Notes under the pieces: generated by a model | Databases searched by the model: none | Told to the model about the DNA's origin: nothing | Seen by the model: the letters and a program-made list of their open reading frames with translations, nothing else | Assembly (NCBI GenBank): GCA_902595715.1 | Contig: CACJRI010000006.1 | Coordinates: 8,428 to 72,427 of the forward strand | Origin: an uncultured SAR86 cluster bacterium | Lineage (GTDB): Bacteria > Pseudomonadota > Gammaproteobacteria > Magnimaribacterales > AG-339-G14 | Reading direction: 5' to 3' | Length of the DNA: 64,000 nucleotides | Program-made: the position numbers and the translations under genes | Shown here: positions 8,993 through 17,951 of the stretch, in pieces | How the letters are laid out: every line of letters begins with the position of its first letter | Position numbering within the stretch: position 1 is the first letter of the stretch

Positions 8993-10276
8993 TTGAAAAA
9001 ATACTTTTACTTATTTCTTTTAACTTTCTCAATTTTTAGTTATTCCGCAGATTTTGATTTTTCTGGATACACTAATTTCTTAGATAAAGAAATTAACAAG
9101 GGAAACTTTCCTGGTTTTGTAACTCTAATTTATAAAGATGGAAAGGTCATTTTTTCCGATAGTAGAGGCTTTGCAGATATAGAAGACAGTGTTGCTCTTA
9201 ATGAAGATTCTCTTTTTAGAATTTATTCCATGACCAAACCGATCACTGGCGCTGCCTTGATGATTCTAGTTGAGCAGGGGAAAGTATCACTTAATGATCC
9301 TGTAGCCAAATACATTCCAGAATTCAAAAACACAAAGGTTCTTAATAGCAAAACTAATCAGCTTGAAAAGCTTGATAGAGAAGTCACCTTAATAGATTTA
9401 GCAACACACTCTTCAGGGCTTACATACTCATTTGTTGATAGGGGAAAAATTAAAGAAATATATGACCAAGAAAAAATTTATCCTTACTATTTCTTAGACA
9501 ATGTATCTTTAGAGAGACCGGCAAAAAAGAGCTATCCAGACATTTGTACTCTTTCTGAAAAAGTAGCAACTTTACCTTTAGTTCATCAACCTGGTGAAAA
9601 ATGGACATATTCTATTGGAATGGACATTCTTGGCTGTGTTATAGAAAGAGTGTCGAATTTATCTTTTGGAGAGTTTTTAAAGAAAAACATCTTTGATCCA
9701 TTGGGCATGGAAGATACTTTTTTTCAAGTTCCTAACTCAAAACAAAATAGGATGATTGATTTGTATGCTCATAAAAAAGGATTCAAACGCTATGGTGTTG
9801 AAACACCCGATATAAGAAATATTAAGAATAAAAATTTATTTCTTTTAGATCCCAAAGAAGACAGTTTCTTTTTTCAAAAAGTTTCTATTGAAGACGGTGG
9901 TTCCGGTCTTGTTTCAACGGCAAATGATTATCTTAAATTCGCTACTATGTTGCTAAATAAAGGTTCTTATAATGGGAGAAAAATTTTAAACCCAGAAACT
10001 GTTGAGGTAATGACTTCTAATCAATCAGAAAAAAAAGCCAAACCTTTTAAAGTAGATGCATTTGGTCAGGGAGTCACAATAGGAGTCGCATTGAATGCAA
10101 AAAAAATGAGAATGAAAAGAGGCGATAATTCTTTTTTCTGGGGCGGAGCTGCAAGTACAGATTTCTGGGTAGACCCTGAGAATGATCTTATTTTCGTAAG
10201 CATGTCTCAAGTTCTAGGTAGCCCAAATATAGATAGAAAATTAGAAAGATTATTATACAAAGCACTTGGGATTTAA
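8993..10276 (+). CDS. Serine hydrolase, beta-lactamase/PBP4* family (class C-like), secreted
   Basis: Signal peptide and SMTK (S-x-x-K) active-site motif; 427 aa, typical family size. TTG start preceded by GAGG. Confidence 0.8.
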   Translation: MKKYFYLFLLTFSIFSYSADFDFSGYTNFLDKEINKGNFPGFVTLIYKDGKVIFSDSRGFADIEDSVALNEDSLFRIYSMTKPITGAALMILVEQGKVSLNDPVAKYIPEFKNTKVLNSKTNQLEKLDREVTLIDLATHSSGLTYSFVDRGKIKEIYDQEKIYPYYFLDNVSLERPAKKSYPDICTLSEKVATLPLVHQPGEKWTYSIGMDILGCVIERVSNLSFGEFLKKNIFDPLGMEDTFFQVPNSKQNRMIDLYAHKKGFKRYGVETPDIRNIKNKNLFLLDPKEDSFFFQKVSIEDGGSGLVSTANDYLKFATMLLNKGSYNGRKILNPETVEVMTSNQSEKKAKPFKVDAFGQGVTIGVALNAKKMRMKRGDNSFFWGGAASTDFWVDPENDLIFVSMSQVLGSPNIDRKLERLLYKALGI

Positions 10277-10721
10277 AAAAACATTCATCACTGAAGATAA
10301 GATTAGATTTAAAATACTAGATCTCTTATCTAGGAGAGAACATTCCTTTAAAGAATTAATCAATAAATTAAAGGATAGGGTGGCCTCAGAAGAAAAGCTT
10401 TTCGACGAGTTAATAAAGTTAAAAGAAGAAAATCTGCAGTCAGATAAGAGATTTGCTGAATCCTATACTCGTTCAAGAAGCATGAAAGGTTTTGGTCCTG
10501 AAAAAATTTCTTATGAGCTTAAATCCAAGGGAATAAGTGAAAACCTCATAAGCAAGATAGTGTATTCTGATGAAATAAACTGGATGGAGATTATTAAAAA
10601 AGAGTTTAGTAAAAAATTTATAGTTGATGACGATCTTGCTAAAGAAGATATTTCTCGTGCAAAAAAATTTCTCTTACAAAGAGGTTTTGAATTTGATCAA
10701 ATAAACAAATTATTTAAATAA
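10266..10721 (+). CDS. recX: RecA regulator RecX
   Basis: 151 aa of three-helix repeats: LSRREHS.KEL..KL, D.RFAESYTRSR...GFGP.KISYELK.KGI, AKKFLLQRGF. Confidence 0.8.
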   Translation: MGFKKTFITEDKIRFKILDLLSRREHSFKELINKLKDRVASEEKLFDELIKLKEENLQSDKRFAESYTRSRSMKGFGPEKISYELKSKGISENLISKIVYSDEINWMEIIKKEFSKKFIVDDDLAKEDISRAKKFLLQRGFEFDQINKLFK

Positions 10722-12202
10722 TGAGTTATTTAGTATTAGCAAGAAAATGGAGGCCATCTAATTTTTCAGAAGTTGTTGGTCAAGATCATGCTGTTGCAGC
10801 TTTAAAAAATTCTGTTTCTTCAAAAAATATTCACCATGCATATTTATTTACAGGTACCAGAGGTATTGGAAAAACATCTATTGCCAGAATCTTAGCAAAA
10901 GCACTTAATTGTCCTGACTTAATTGATAACTCAGAACCTTGTAATGCTTGTGAATCATGCACATCAATAAATGAAGGAGCTGCAATTGACTTTATTGAGA
11001 TTGATGCGGCATCCAGAAGAGGTATTGAAGATACTAAAAATCTTTTAGAAACTATTTCTTATTTACCTTCATCATCAAAATATAAAATCTATTTGATTGA
11101 TGAAGTTCATATGCTGACACCCGAAAGTTTTAATGCCTTGCTGAAAAACTTAGAAGAGCCGCCTCCCCATGTCATATTTATGTTTGCAACTACAGAATAT
11201 AAAAAGATTTTACCTACAATAATTTCTAGATGCCTACAAGTAAACTTAAGTTCTGTCTCTGTGAAAGTCATTTCAGATCAATTGGGAGAAATTTTTTCAA
11301 AAGAAAAAATAAAATATGATGAAAATTCTTTGAAGCTCATTGCCGAAGCTGCACAAGGCAGCATTAGAGACGCTCTATCTATTTCTGAAAAAGTAATATC
11401 CTTTTGCAATAGAAACCTTAAAGAGAACGAAGTGAGAGAAGTTTTGGGAATACCAGAACCTGAAATTATTACGAATTTATTGAAATCAATTTTAGATGAA
11501 GACGTAATAGAGGTTCTATCAATTCTTGAAAAATATGGAGAATATGAAGATCATGAATTTTTATTAAAGTCTTTAATGGATCTCATTCAAGACATTGCAA
11601 TTAGCCAGTTTGAAAAAAAAGAAGTTAAAAATAATATAAATGATTTTTTAAACACGGACCCTGCAAAACTACAGTTTTTTTATCAGATAGGACTTTCTAA
11701 CTTAAAGCACTTTAGTTTGGGCTACGATTCGTTTTCAATACTGAAAATGACTTTATTAAAAATGGTTGCCTTTTCTCCTGAAAATCAAAAAAAAAATTCT
11801 TTAAAAATTAAAAAAAAGGATAACTTTGAAATAAATTGGCCAGGAATATTCTCTGATTTAAATCTAAATGGCATGTCAAAAAATTTACTAAAGCAGGCAA
11901 GTGTTATTCAAAAAGAAAATAATCTAAAACTATCTTTTCCAAAAAACGTTCTTTCTATACTTAATGAAGACCAAAAAAAAGATATTGAAAAAAGTTTTGA
12001 GGATTATTTAAAAATGGAACTGATTTTCATCTATGACGATGAAGTTGATTCAAAACTTACACCGGAATATAAGAAAAAAAATCATGATAAGGGAATAAAG
12101 AAAAATATTAAAAAAACCATGGAAAAAGATAAAAACTTTAATGAAATCATTGGTGGACTAAAAGTTAAATCTGTCAAATTTAATAAGAAAAATGAAACTT
12201 AG
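10721..12202 (+). CDS. dnaX: DNA polymerase III subunit tau/gamma
   Basis: LARKWRP..F.EVVGQ, Walker A GTRGIGKTS, zinc module C..C..C, DEVHML, SRC. 493 aa. Confidence 0.95.
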   Translation: MSYLVLARKWRPSNFSEVVGQDHAVAALKNSVSSKNIHHAYLFTGTRGIGKTSIARILAKALNCPDLIDNSEPCNACESCTSINEGAAIDFIEIDAASRRGIEDTKNLLETISYLPSSSKYKIYLIDEVHMLTPESFNALLKNLEEPPPHVIFMFATTEYKKILPTIISRCLQVNLSSVSVKVISDQLGEIFSKEKIKYDENSLKLIAEAAQGSIRDALSISEKVISFCNRNLKENEVREVLGIPEPEIITNLLKSILDEDVIEVLSILEKYGEYEDHEFLLKSLMDLIQDIAISQFEKKEVKNNINDFLNTDPAKLQFFYQIGLSNLKHFSLGYDSFSILKMTLLKMVAFSPENQKKNSLKIKKKDNFEINWPGIFSDLNLNGMSKNLLKQASVIQKENNLKLSFPKNVLSILNEDQKKDIEKSFEDYLKMELIFIYDDEVDSKLTPEYKKKNHDKGIKKNIKKTMEKDKNFNEIIGGLKVKSVKFNKKNET

Positions 12203-12791
12203 CCCAAAAATTTCTGAATTAATTGACTCTCTAAAATCTCTCCCTGGAATTGGTCCAAAATCAGCTAAAAGAATGGCTCTTTCATTATTAAGTTCAAATA
12301 AAGAAATTGGCTTATCGCTTTCCAAGTCTATCGAAGATGCAATATTAAATATTCAATTGTGTCAAAAATGCTATGTTTTAAATGACCAAGAGCTATGTGA
12401 AATTTGTAATTCAGCAAATAGAAATAAAAATTCTATATGTGTCGTAGAATCAACTTCAGATCTTTACTCAATTGAAGAAACATCTGAATTTGACGGCAGG
12501 TATTTTGTTCTTAATGGCCTGCTTTCCCCAATTGATAATATAGGCGCAGACGAACTCAGAATAGAAAAGTTATTAGATGTCATTAAGGAATTCAATTCAA
12601 AAGAAGTCATTCTTGCATTGAATTCAACATTAGAAGGTGAGGCTACTGCTTATTTTTTATTGGAAAAACTTAAAAAGATAGATGTGACTGTTACAAGAAT
12701 TGCACAAGGAGTTCCGGCAGGAGGCGACTTAAACTATGTTGATAATAATACTCTTAGAAGAGCAATTTCCTTTAGAACTGAATTAAAATAA
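12192..12791 (+). CDS. recR: Recombination protein RecR
   Basis: [10 protein letters not shown] helix-hairpin-helix, C4 zinc finger (CQKC...CEIC), Toprim and C-terminal domains. Overlaps the dnaX end by 11 nt. Confidence 0.95.
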   Translation: MKLSPKISELIDSLKSLPGIGPKSAKRMALSLLSSNKEIGLSLSKSIEDAILNIQLCQKCYVLNDQELCEICNSANRNKNSICVVESTSDLYSIEETSEFDGRYFVLNGLLSPIDNIGADELRIEKLLDVIKEFNSKEVILALNSTLEGEATAYFLLEKLKKIDVTVTRIAQGVPAGGDLNYVDNNTLRRAISFRTELK

Positions 12792-12795
12792 AGCC

Positions 12796-13368
12796 ATGTC
12801 AATCAAATCAGATAATTGGATAAAAAAAATGTCGCTAGAAAATGACATGATTTCACCTTTTCAACCTAACCAAGTTAAAACTAATGAAGAAAATAATGAA
12901 AAATTAATTTCTTATGGGCTTTCCAGTTATGGTTATGACGTAAGGTGTGCAAATGAATTTAAAGTATTCACAAATATTCATTCAGCAACAGTTGATCCAA
13001 AAAAATTTGATAGTTCTAGTTTTATTGATGTTGTTCAAGAAGAGTGCGTAATTCCTCCAAATTCGTTTGCCTTAGCAAGAACGATTGAGTATTTTAAAAT
13101 TCCAAGAGACGTTCTTACAATTTGTCTTGGTAAATCAACCTACGCAAGATGTGGAATCATTGTAAATGTAACTCCTCTTGAACCAGAATGGGAAGGGCAC
13201 GTAACTTTAGAATTTTCCAATACTACTAGTCTTCCAGCAAAAATTTATGCAAATGAGGGCGTAGCTCAAATGTTATTTTTTCAATCAGATGAAATTTGCG
13301 AGACTAGTTATAAAGACAGAGATGGAAAGTATCAAGGCCAAAAAGGTGTAACTCTTCCTAAAGCGTAA
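12796..13368 (+). CDS. dcd: dCTP deaminase
   Basis: 190 aa. [20 protein letters not shown] and LEFSNTT..P motifs characteristic of Dcd. Confidence 0.95.
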   Translation: MSIKSDNWIKKMSLENDMISPFQPNQVKTNEENNEKLISYGLSSYGYDVRCANEFKVFTNIHSATVDPKKFDSSSFIDVVQEECVIPPNSFALARTIEYFKIPRDVLTICLGKSTYARCGIIVNVTPLEPEWEGHVTLEFSNTTSLPAKIYANEGVAQMLFFQSDEICETSYKDRDGKYQGQKGVTLPKA

Positions 13369-13369
13369 C

Positions 13370-14047
13370 TTAATCTAATTCCCAATCAACATTAAATCCT
13401 CTTCCGCCTTGGAAAACTTTTATTGTTTCTTTGTCAGAATCATTCCGTATCAAAAATTTAAAGTATCTTTTATCTTCTCTTTGTTCAGTAAACTCAAATA
13501 CTTCAACAGGTTTTGATTTATAAATAATTTCTTCTTTTTTGTTCAAAAAAGACTTTATTTTAATTTTTCCTTTATCGAAATAATTTATTTTAAACTCGTC
13601 CTTTTTAAGATAATTCATTTTAATTTGAATCTGAAGAGTTAGGTTATCGTAAAAATTTTCTTTAATTTCAATAGAACCTTTCTTTTTACCGAAAGAATAA
13701 ACAATAATTTTTTGATCACCTTCCTTTTCAACTTTATAGGTCTGATGATCCTTTCTGAGTCCTCCTAAAATATCTAGCTTTCTAAATCCAGATTCCAAAA
13801 TAATATTTCCATTGTCTATACTAAAAATAGATTCTTGTTTTATGGTGAAAAGGGGATGTTTACCAGTGGACGAAATCTTCCAACTATTTTCAGATATTTT
13901 CTCTAATGTTTCTTTTACCGATCCAGTTGGTTTTGATGAATAATAATTTTCATAAGGATTTAGATCAAATAAGAATATTTGATTACAAAAAAAACAAAAC
14001 AGTACTTTAAATAAAATATTCTTTACCATTTTTATGATAGACATCAT
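13370..14047 (-). CDS. Hypothetical secreted protein (possibly DUF3108-like, by position downstream of purN)
   Basis: N-terminal hydrophobic signal. It sits immediately downstream of purM-purN, as in other gammaproteobacteria. The family assignment rests on synteny only. Confidence 0.5.
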   Translation of the reverse strand: MMSIIKMVKNILFKVLFCFFCNQIFLFDLNPYENYYSSKPTGSVKETLEKISENSWKISSTGKHPLFTIKQESIFSIDNGNIILESGFRKLDILGGLRKDHQTYKVEKEGDQKIIVYSFGKKKGSIEIKENFYDNLTLQIQIKMNYLKKDEFKINYFDKGKIKIKSFLNKKEEIIYKSKPVEVFEFTEQREDKRYFKFLIRNDSDKETIKVFQGGRGFNVDWELD

Positions 14048-14654
14048 CTATTTTTATTTTGTTATTGATGATGGATATTTTACCTTCCTGAAGTTCAGTT
14101 AATATTTCTGGATAAATAAAATGTTCTATTTTATGAATTTTATTTATAAGATCGTTTTCTTTTTCTTTAACACCCACTTTAACTTTTGCGTAGCCAATTA
14201 TTGGACCACTATCTAGCCCCTCATCTACGAGGTGAACCGTAACCCCGTGTTCTTTATCTTTGTTTTCAAGAACTTTTTTATGAGTATTTAGACCTGGATA
14301 TTTTGGTAAAAGAGAAGGGTGAATGTTTATTATTTTGTTAGGGAAATTCTTTACAAAATCCGACCCTAATATCCTCATAAAACCTGCAAGAATTATAAAA
14401 TCTACACTTTCTTGCTTTATTACTTCTTTAAGTTTCTGATCATACGATTTACGGTCCTCAAAATCTTTATGATCTAAACACAAATTTTTTATATTGTGTT
14501 TTTTTGCTCTTTTTAAACCATAAGCATCCTTGTTGTTTGAAATAACAATTTTTATAGCAGCTTTTAAGCGACCATTTTCAATGCTATCAACTATTGCTTG
14601 AAAATTTGTACCATTTCCTGATAAAAGAATTGCTAGGGCTAATTTTTTGCTCAT
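14007..14654 (-). CDS. purN: Phosphoribosylglycinamide formyltransferase
   Basis: LLSGNGTNFQAI, AGFMRIL, NIHPSLLP and VHLVDEGLDSGPII motifs. Confidence 0.95.
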   Translation of the reverse strand: MSKKLALAILLSGNGTNFQAIVDSIENGRLKAAIKIVISNNKDAYGLKRAKKHNIKNLCLDHKDFEDRKSYDQKLKEVIKQESVDFIILAGFMRILGSDFVKNFPNKIINIHPSLLPKYPGLNTHKKVLENKDKEHGVTVHLVDEGLDSGPIIGYAKVKVGVKEKENDLINKIHKIEHFIYPEILTELQEGKISIINNKIKIDDVYHKNGKEYFI

Positions 14655-15692
14655 TCAAAAAATGATTCCTTTATTTGATTTTCTTGGACTTATAAAACCT
14701 AATTCAAAGTAGGGCATTTTTAACTTTTTTAAATGATTCTTGCATTGGGTTAAATCGCTTTTGCTTATCGAAAGTATCATGCCAATGCCGCAGTTAAACG
14801 TTGATAACATCTCCATTTTAGATAGATTCGATTTTGACTCAATTAAACTAAAAAGATCATCATGAAATGGATACTTTGATCCAATAGAAATATTTGCGGA
14901 AAGATTACTTGGAATTATTCTTTCTAAATTTCCCGTAAGTCCTCCCCCAGTAATATGACTTAAGGCATTTAAATGAATCTTATCTTTAAGGAATAAAATT
15001 TCTTTTACATAGATTTTCGTGGGCTTCAATAGAGCTTTTCCCAGAGTAGATCCTTTGAATTTTTGATTTAATCTAATCTGTTTTTTTTCAATGAGTTTTC
15101 TAACCAAAGAAAAGCCATTTGAATGTAATCCATTGGATTTTAAACCTATCAAAACATCACCTTTTTTTACTTGGTTTTTAAGCTTCTTTGAGCTTTTCTC
15201 TAAAACTCCAACACAAAAGCCTGCCAAGTCAAACTTACCTTTAGGGAAAGCGTTAGGATGTTCTGCTGTTTCTCCACCGATTAAAGAGCACTGCGAATCC
15301 TTACACCCTTTTGTTATTCCTTTAATTATTTCTTTTGAAACATTAAGATTTATTTTATCTGTAACAAGGTAATCCAGAAAAAAAAGTGGCTCTGCTTGTA
15401 AAGTAATTAAATCGTTTACACACATTGCTACTAAATCTATGCCTATTGAATCATAAACTTTCATCGCATCAGCAATTTCAATTTTTGTGCCCACTCCATC
15501 GGTACAACTTATCAAGACAGGATTTTTGTATTTTTTTGGGAGAACAGAAGCAGCAGCAAAACCTCCTATGGAGCCGATTATTTCTTTTCTAAAGGTAGTC
15601 TTGGCTAAAGGTTTTATGATATCTACTAATTGATCACCCCTTTTTATGCTTACTCCAGAATCAGCATAGGAAGTTTTGTTTGATCTAGACAA
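14655..15692 (-). CDS. purM: Phosphoribosylformylglycinamidine cyclo-ligase (AIR synthetase)
   Basis: YADSGVSI, DGVGTK, DLVAMCVNDL, GGETAE and HITGGG motifs. TTG start. Confidence 0.95.
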   Translation of the reverse strand: MSRSNKTSYADSGVSIKRGDQLVDIIKPLAKTTFRKEIIGSIGGFAAASVLPKKYKNPVLISCTDGVGTKIEIADAMKVYDSIGIDLVAMCVNDLITLQAEPLFFLDYLVTDKINLNVSKEIIKGITKGCKDSQCSLIGGETAEHPNAFPKGKFDLAGFCVGVLEKSSKKLKNQVKKGDVLIGLKSNGLHSNGFSLVRKLIEKKQIRLNQKFKGSTLGKALLKPTKIYVKEILFLKDKIHLNALSHITGGGLTGNLERIIPSNLSANISIGSKYPFHDDLFSLIESKSNLSKMEMLSTFNCGIGMILSISKSDLTQCKNHLKKLKMPYFELGFISPRKSNKGIIF

Positions 15693-15742
15693 AGGATTTT
15701 GAATTTAAGTTCTATTAAAAAAACATATTATAATCATTTTTA

Positions 15743-16738
15743 ATGCTAAAAATTATTAAAGTTATTTTTTTTATTTCTCTTATTTTTTCTGTTTTTAATT
15801 TATACAGCGAGGATTACTCTACAATTGTTCAAGGTGATGATGAGGAAGTTTCTGAATTACTTCAAAAAGCTTTAAACCAATCGATATTAAAAGTATTAGG
15901 CAGTCAAAGGGACTTCAATCTTAATCAACAAAATTTTAAAAAATTAAATCCTAATAATTTTGTAAGAGAGTACAAATTTATCGAATTTAATGATAAGGAA
16001 GCTCTTGAGGTAATGATTGATTTAAAAGCACTTCAGGAAAAGCTACTGGAACTAAATCTTGGAATTTCTTTTTTAAAAAATCCAAAAGTTGCCGCTTGGG
16101 TTCTTTGTAAGCCAGATTACTCATCTCTTCAGGCAGCTAAATCTTTAGATCAGAAATGTAAGTTTGTGAAAAAAGAATTTGATAAGGTTGCAAACGAGAG
16201 GGGCATAACAATTGTCTACCCTATATTAGACTCTCGAGATATTAGTTTATTTAGCTTTGAAAATAATTCTAATTTAGAGAATTTAACAATATTTAATGAT
16301 CGTTATCCTTCCGACGGATGGTTTTTTTGTGAAATTTCAAGTTCAAGTGAATGGTGTTTTCTTCCAGAAGATATTGAAAAGAAATTTTCTAAATTAGATG
16401 TTGAATCTAAATATAAGCCAGCAGTCGGCATAAACATCTTAATTGATAACTTATTTAGCAACCAAAGACTCAAAGCAAGCTCACAATCCAATCTTCCTTA
16501 CTATTTAGAAATTAGAGGATTAAAAAAGTTTTCAGATCACAAATCATTTGAAAATATATTAAAAAATATTTTATTTATTAATAATTTGAGTTTAATGTCA
16601 TTAAGAAATAATTCAGCTACTTATAGTTTTAATCTTTTGTCAGAGGAAAGAAATCTATTGAATTACTTTGATGAAGTTGAAAATTTAACCCTTATAAACA
16701 AAGAAAAAGATAAACTTTTCCTAGCTCTAGGCGAATAA
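15743..16738 (+). CDS. Hypothetical secreted protein (DUF2066-like by position)
   Basis: Signal peptide. Divergent from purM and upstream of hda, as in other gammaproteobacteria. No catalytic motif. Confidence 0.5.
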   Translation: MLKIIKVIFFISLIFSVFNLYSEDYSTIVQGDDEEVSELLQKALNQSILKVLGSQRDFNLNQQNFKKLNPNNFVREYKFIEFNDKEALEVMIDLKALQEKLLELNLGISFLKNPKVAAWVLCKPDYSSLQAAKSLDQKCKFVKKEFDKVANERGITIVYPILDSRDISLFSFENNSNLENLTIFNDRYPSDGWFFCEISSSSEWCFLPEDIEKKFSKLDVESKYKPAVGINILIDNLFSNQRLKASSQSNLPYYLEIRGLKKFSDHKSFENILKNILFINNLSLMSLRNNSATYSFNLLSEERNLLNYFDEVENLTLINKEKDKLFLALGE

Positions 16739-17289
16739 TGATTGCGTCTTCAATACCTAATTTCTTGACCGTTTTTCGTTTTTTTTTAGTTTACCCGATC
16801 GTAATAAGTATTTTAGAAGAAAATTATCAACTTACCCTTTTTTTCTTTTTTCTGGCAGGAATATCTGATTTTTTAGATGGATATCTTGCAAGAAAGTACT
16901 CTTGGGAAAGTAGATTTGGGAAAATATTTGACCCTATTTCAGATAAAGTCCTTGTCATTGCTACACTTATATCTCTTTCTTTAGTTGGAGAAATAAATAT
17001 TTATTTAACAATGTTTCTTCTGAGTAGAGATCTCTTTATTATTGTTGGAGTCATTTTGTCTTCTCTTCTAATTGATAATTACGAAATAAAGCCTTATTTT
17101 TCTGGAAAATTTAATAGTTTCGTTTTGATGACTTACCTCGGATTTGTAATTATTGAGGTCTCATTTGGTCTTGTTCCTGTAGTTTTCTTAAATTTTCTGA
17201 TGGTAGCGCTCTTAATAACTTCTCTTTACAGCGTAATTGAATACTTAAACTATCCAGGTAGAAAAGTAATTTCCCAAATATTCTTTTAA
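16738..17289 (+). CDS. pgsA: CDP-alcohol phosphatidyltransferase, PgsA-like
   Basis: IPN.LT.FR.. then DFLDGYLARKYSWESRFGKIFDPISDKV, which is the D-G-x2-A-R-x8-G-x3-D-x3-D motif. 183 aa, the size of PgsA. Confidence 0.7.
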   Translation: MIASSIPNFLTVFRFFLVYPIVISILEENYQLTLFFFFLAGISDFLDGYLARKYSWESRFGKIFDPISDKVLVIATLISLSLVGEINIYLTMFLLSRDLFIIVGVILSSLLIDNYEIKPYFSGKFNSFVLMTYLGFVIIEVSFGLVPVVFLNFLMVALLITSLYSVIEYLNYPGRKVISQIFF

Positions 17290-17948
17290 TGAATCAAAAA
17301 GTTTTAGATATTTTCTTGCCTAAAGAGAGATCATTGGATCAGTTGAAAAACTTTTCATTTTTAAAAAAAATGATCTCTGAAATTGAGTTATTTTTTAGTA
17401 ATGAAGAAAATTTTTTATTACTAAACATCAAAGAAGATTTAATAAGAAATTATTTATTTCATGCTTCTTTAAATTCATGCAAAACACAACCCAAAATAAT
17501 CGATCTAAATGAAAAGATTTTCAACTCGGATGTATTTAAATATCCAATAGTTTTTATAAAAAACTTATCAAGCGATACTTTAAATAAAGAATCAGAGATT
17601 TTTTTATTTAACGGCTTTAATTATTGTTTAAACCAAAATACCAAAATCTTATTTTCAAGTAATGATTTCATTAAAAATTTAGATATTAAATTGGCAGATC
17701 TTGAATCAAGATTGAATACCGTTTTACCTGTTGAGATTTTAAATCCTGCTGATGAGGAAAAAATGAACTTAATTAACTTTGAACTTCAGCAAAGGGGCTT
17801 AGAAATCAATGACAAAGAAATGCAATACATATTTACGCATCATTCTCGAGATTTAAATAGTTTATTAAATTTGGCAGAAAAACTTGATGAAATCTCCCAT
17901 CAAGAAAAAAAATCTATTTCAATAAATTTAATAAAAAAAATTATTTAA
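17289..17948 (+). CDS. hda: DnaA regulatory inactivator Hda homologue (degenerate AAA+ motifs)
   Basis: N-terminal Q-x-x-L-D-I-F-L clamp-binding-like motif, box VII DLESRL and C-terminal HHSRDLNSLLNLAEKLD resemble Hda. The Walker A/B positions are not conserved. Confidence 0.6.
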   Translation: MNQKVLDIFLPKERSLDQLKNFSFLKKMISEIELFFSNEENFLLLNIKEDLIRNYLFHASLNSCKTQPKIIDLNEKIFNSDVFKYPIVFIKNLSSDTLNKESEIFLFNGFNYCLNQNTKILFSSNDFIKNLDIKLADLESRLNTVLPVEILNPADEEKMNLINFELQQRGLEINDKEMQYIFTHHSRDLNSLLNLAEKLDEISHQEKKSISINLIKKII

Positions 17949-17951
17949 AAA

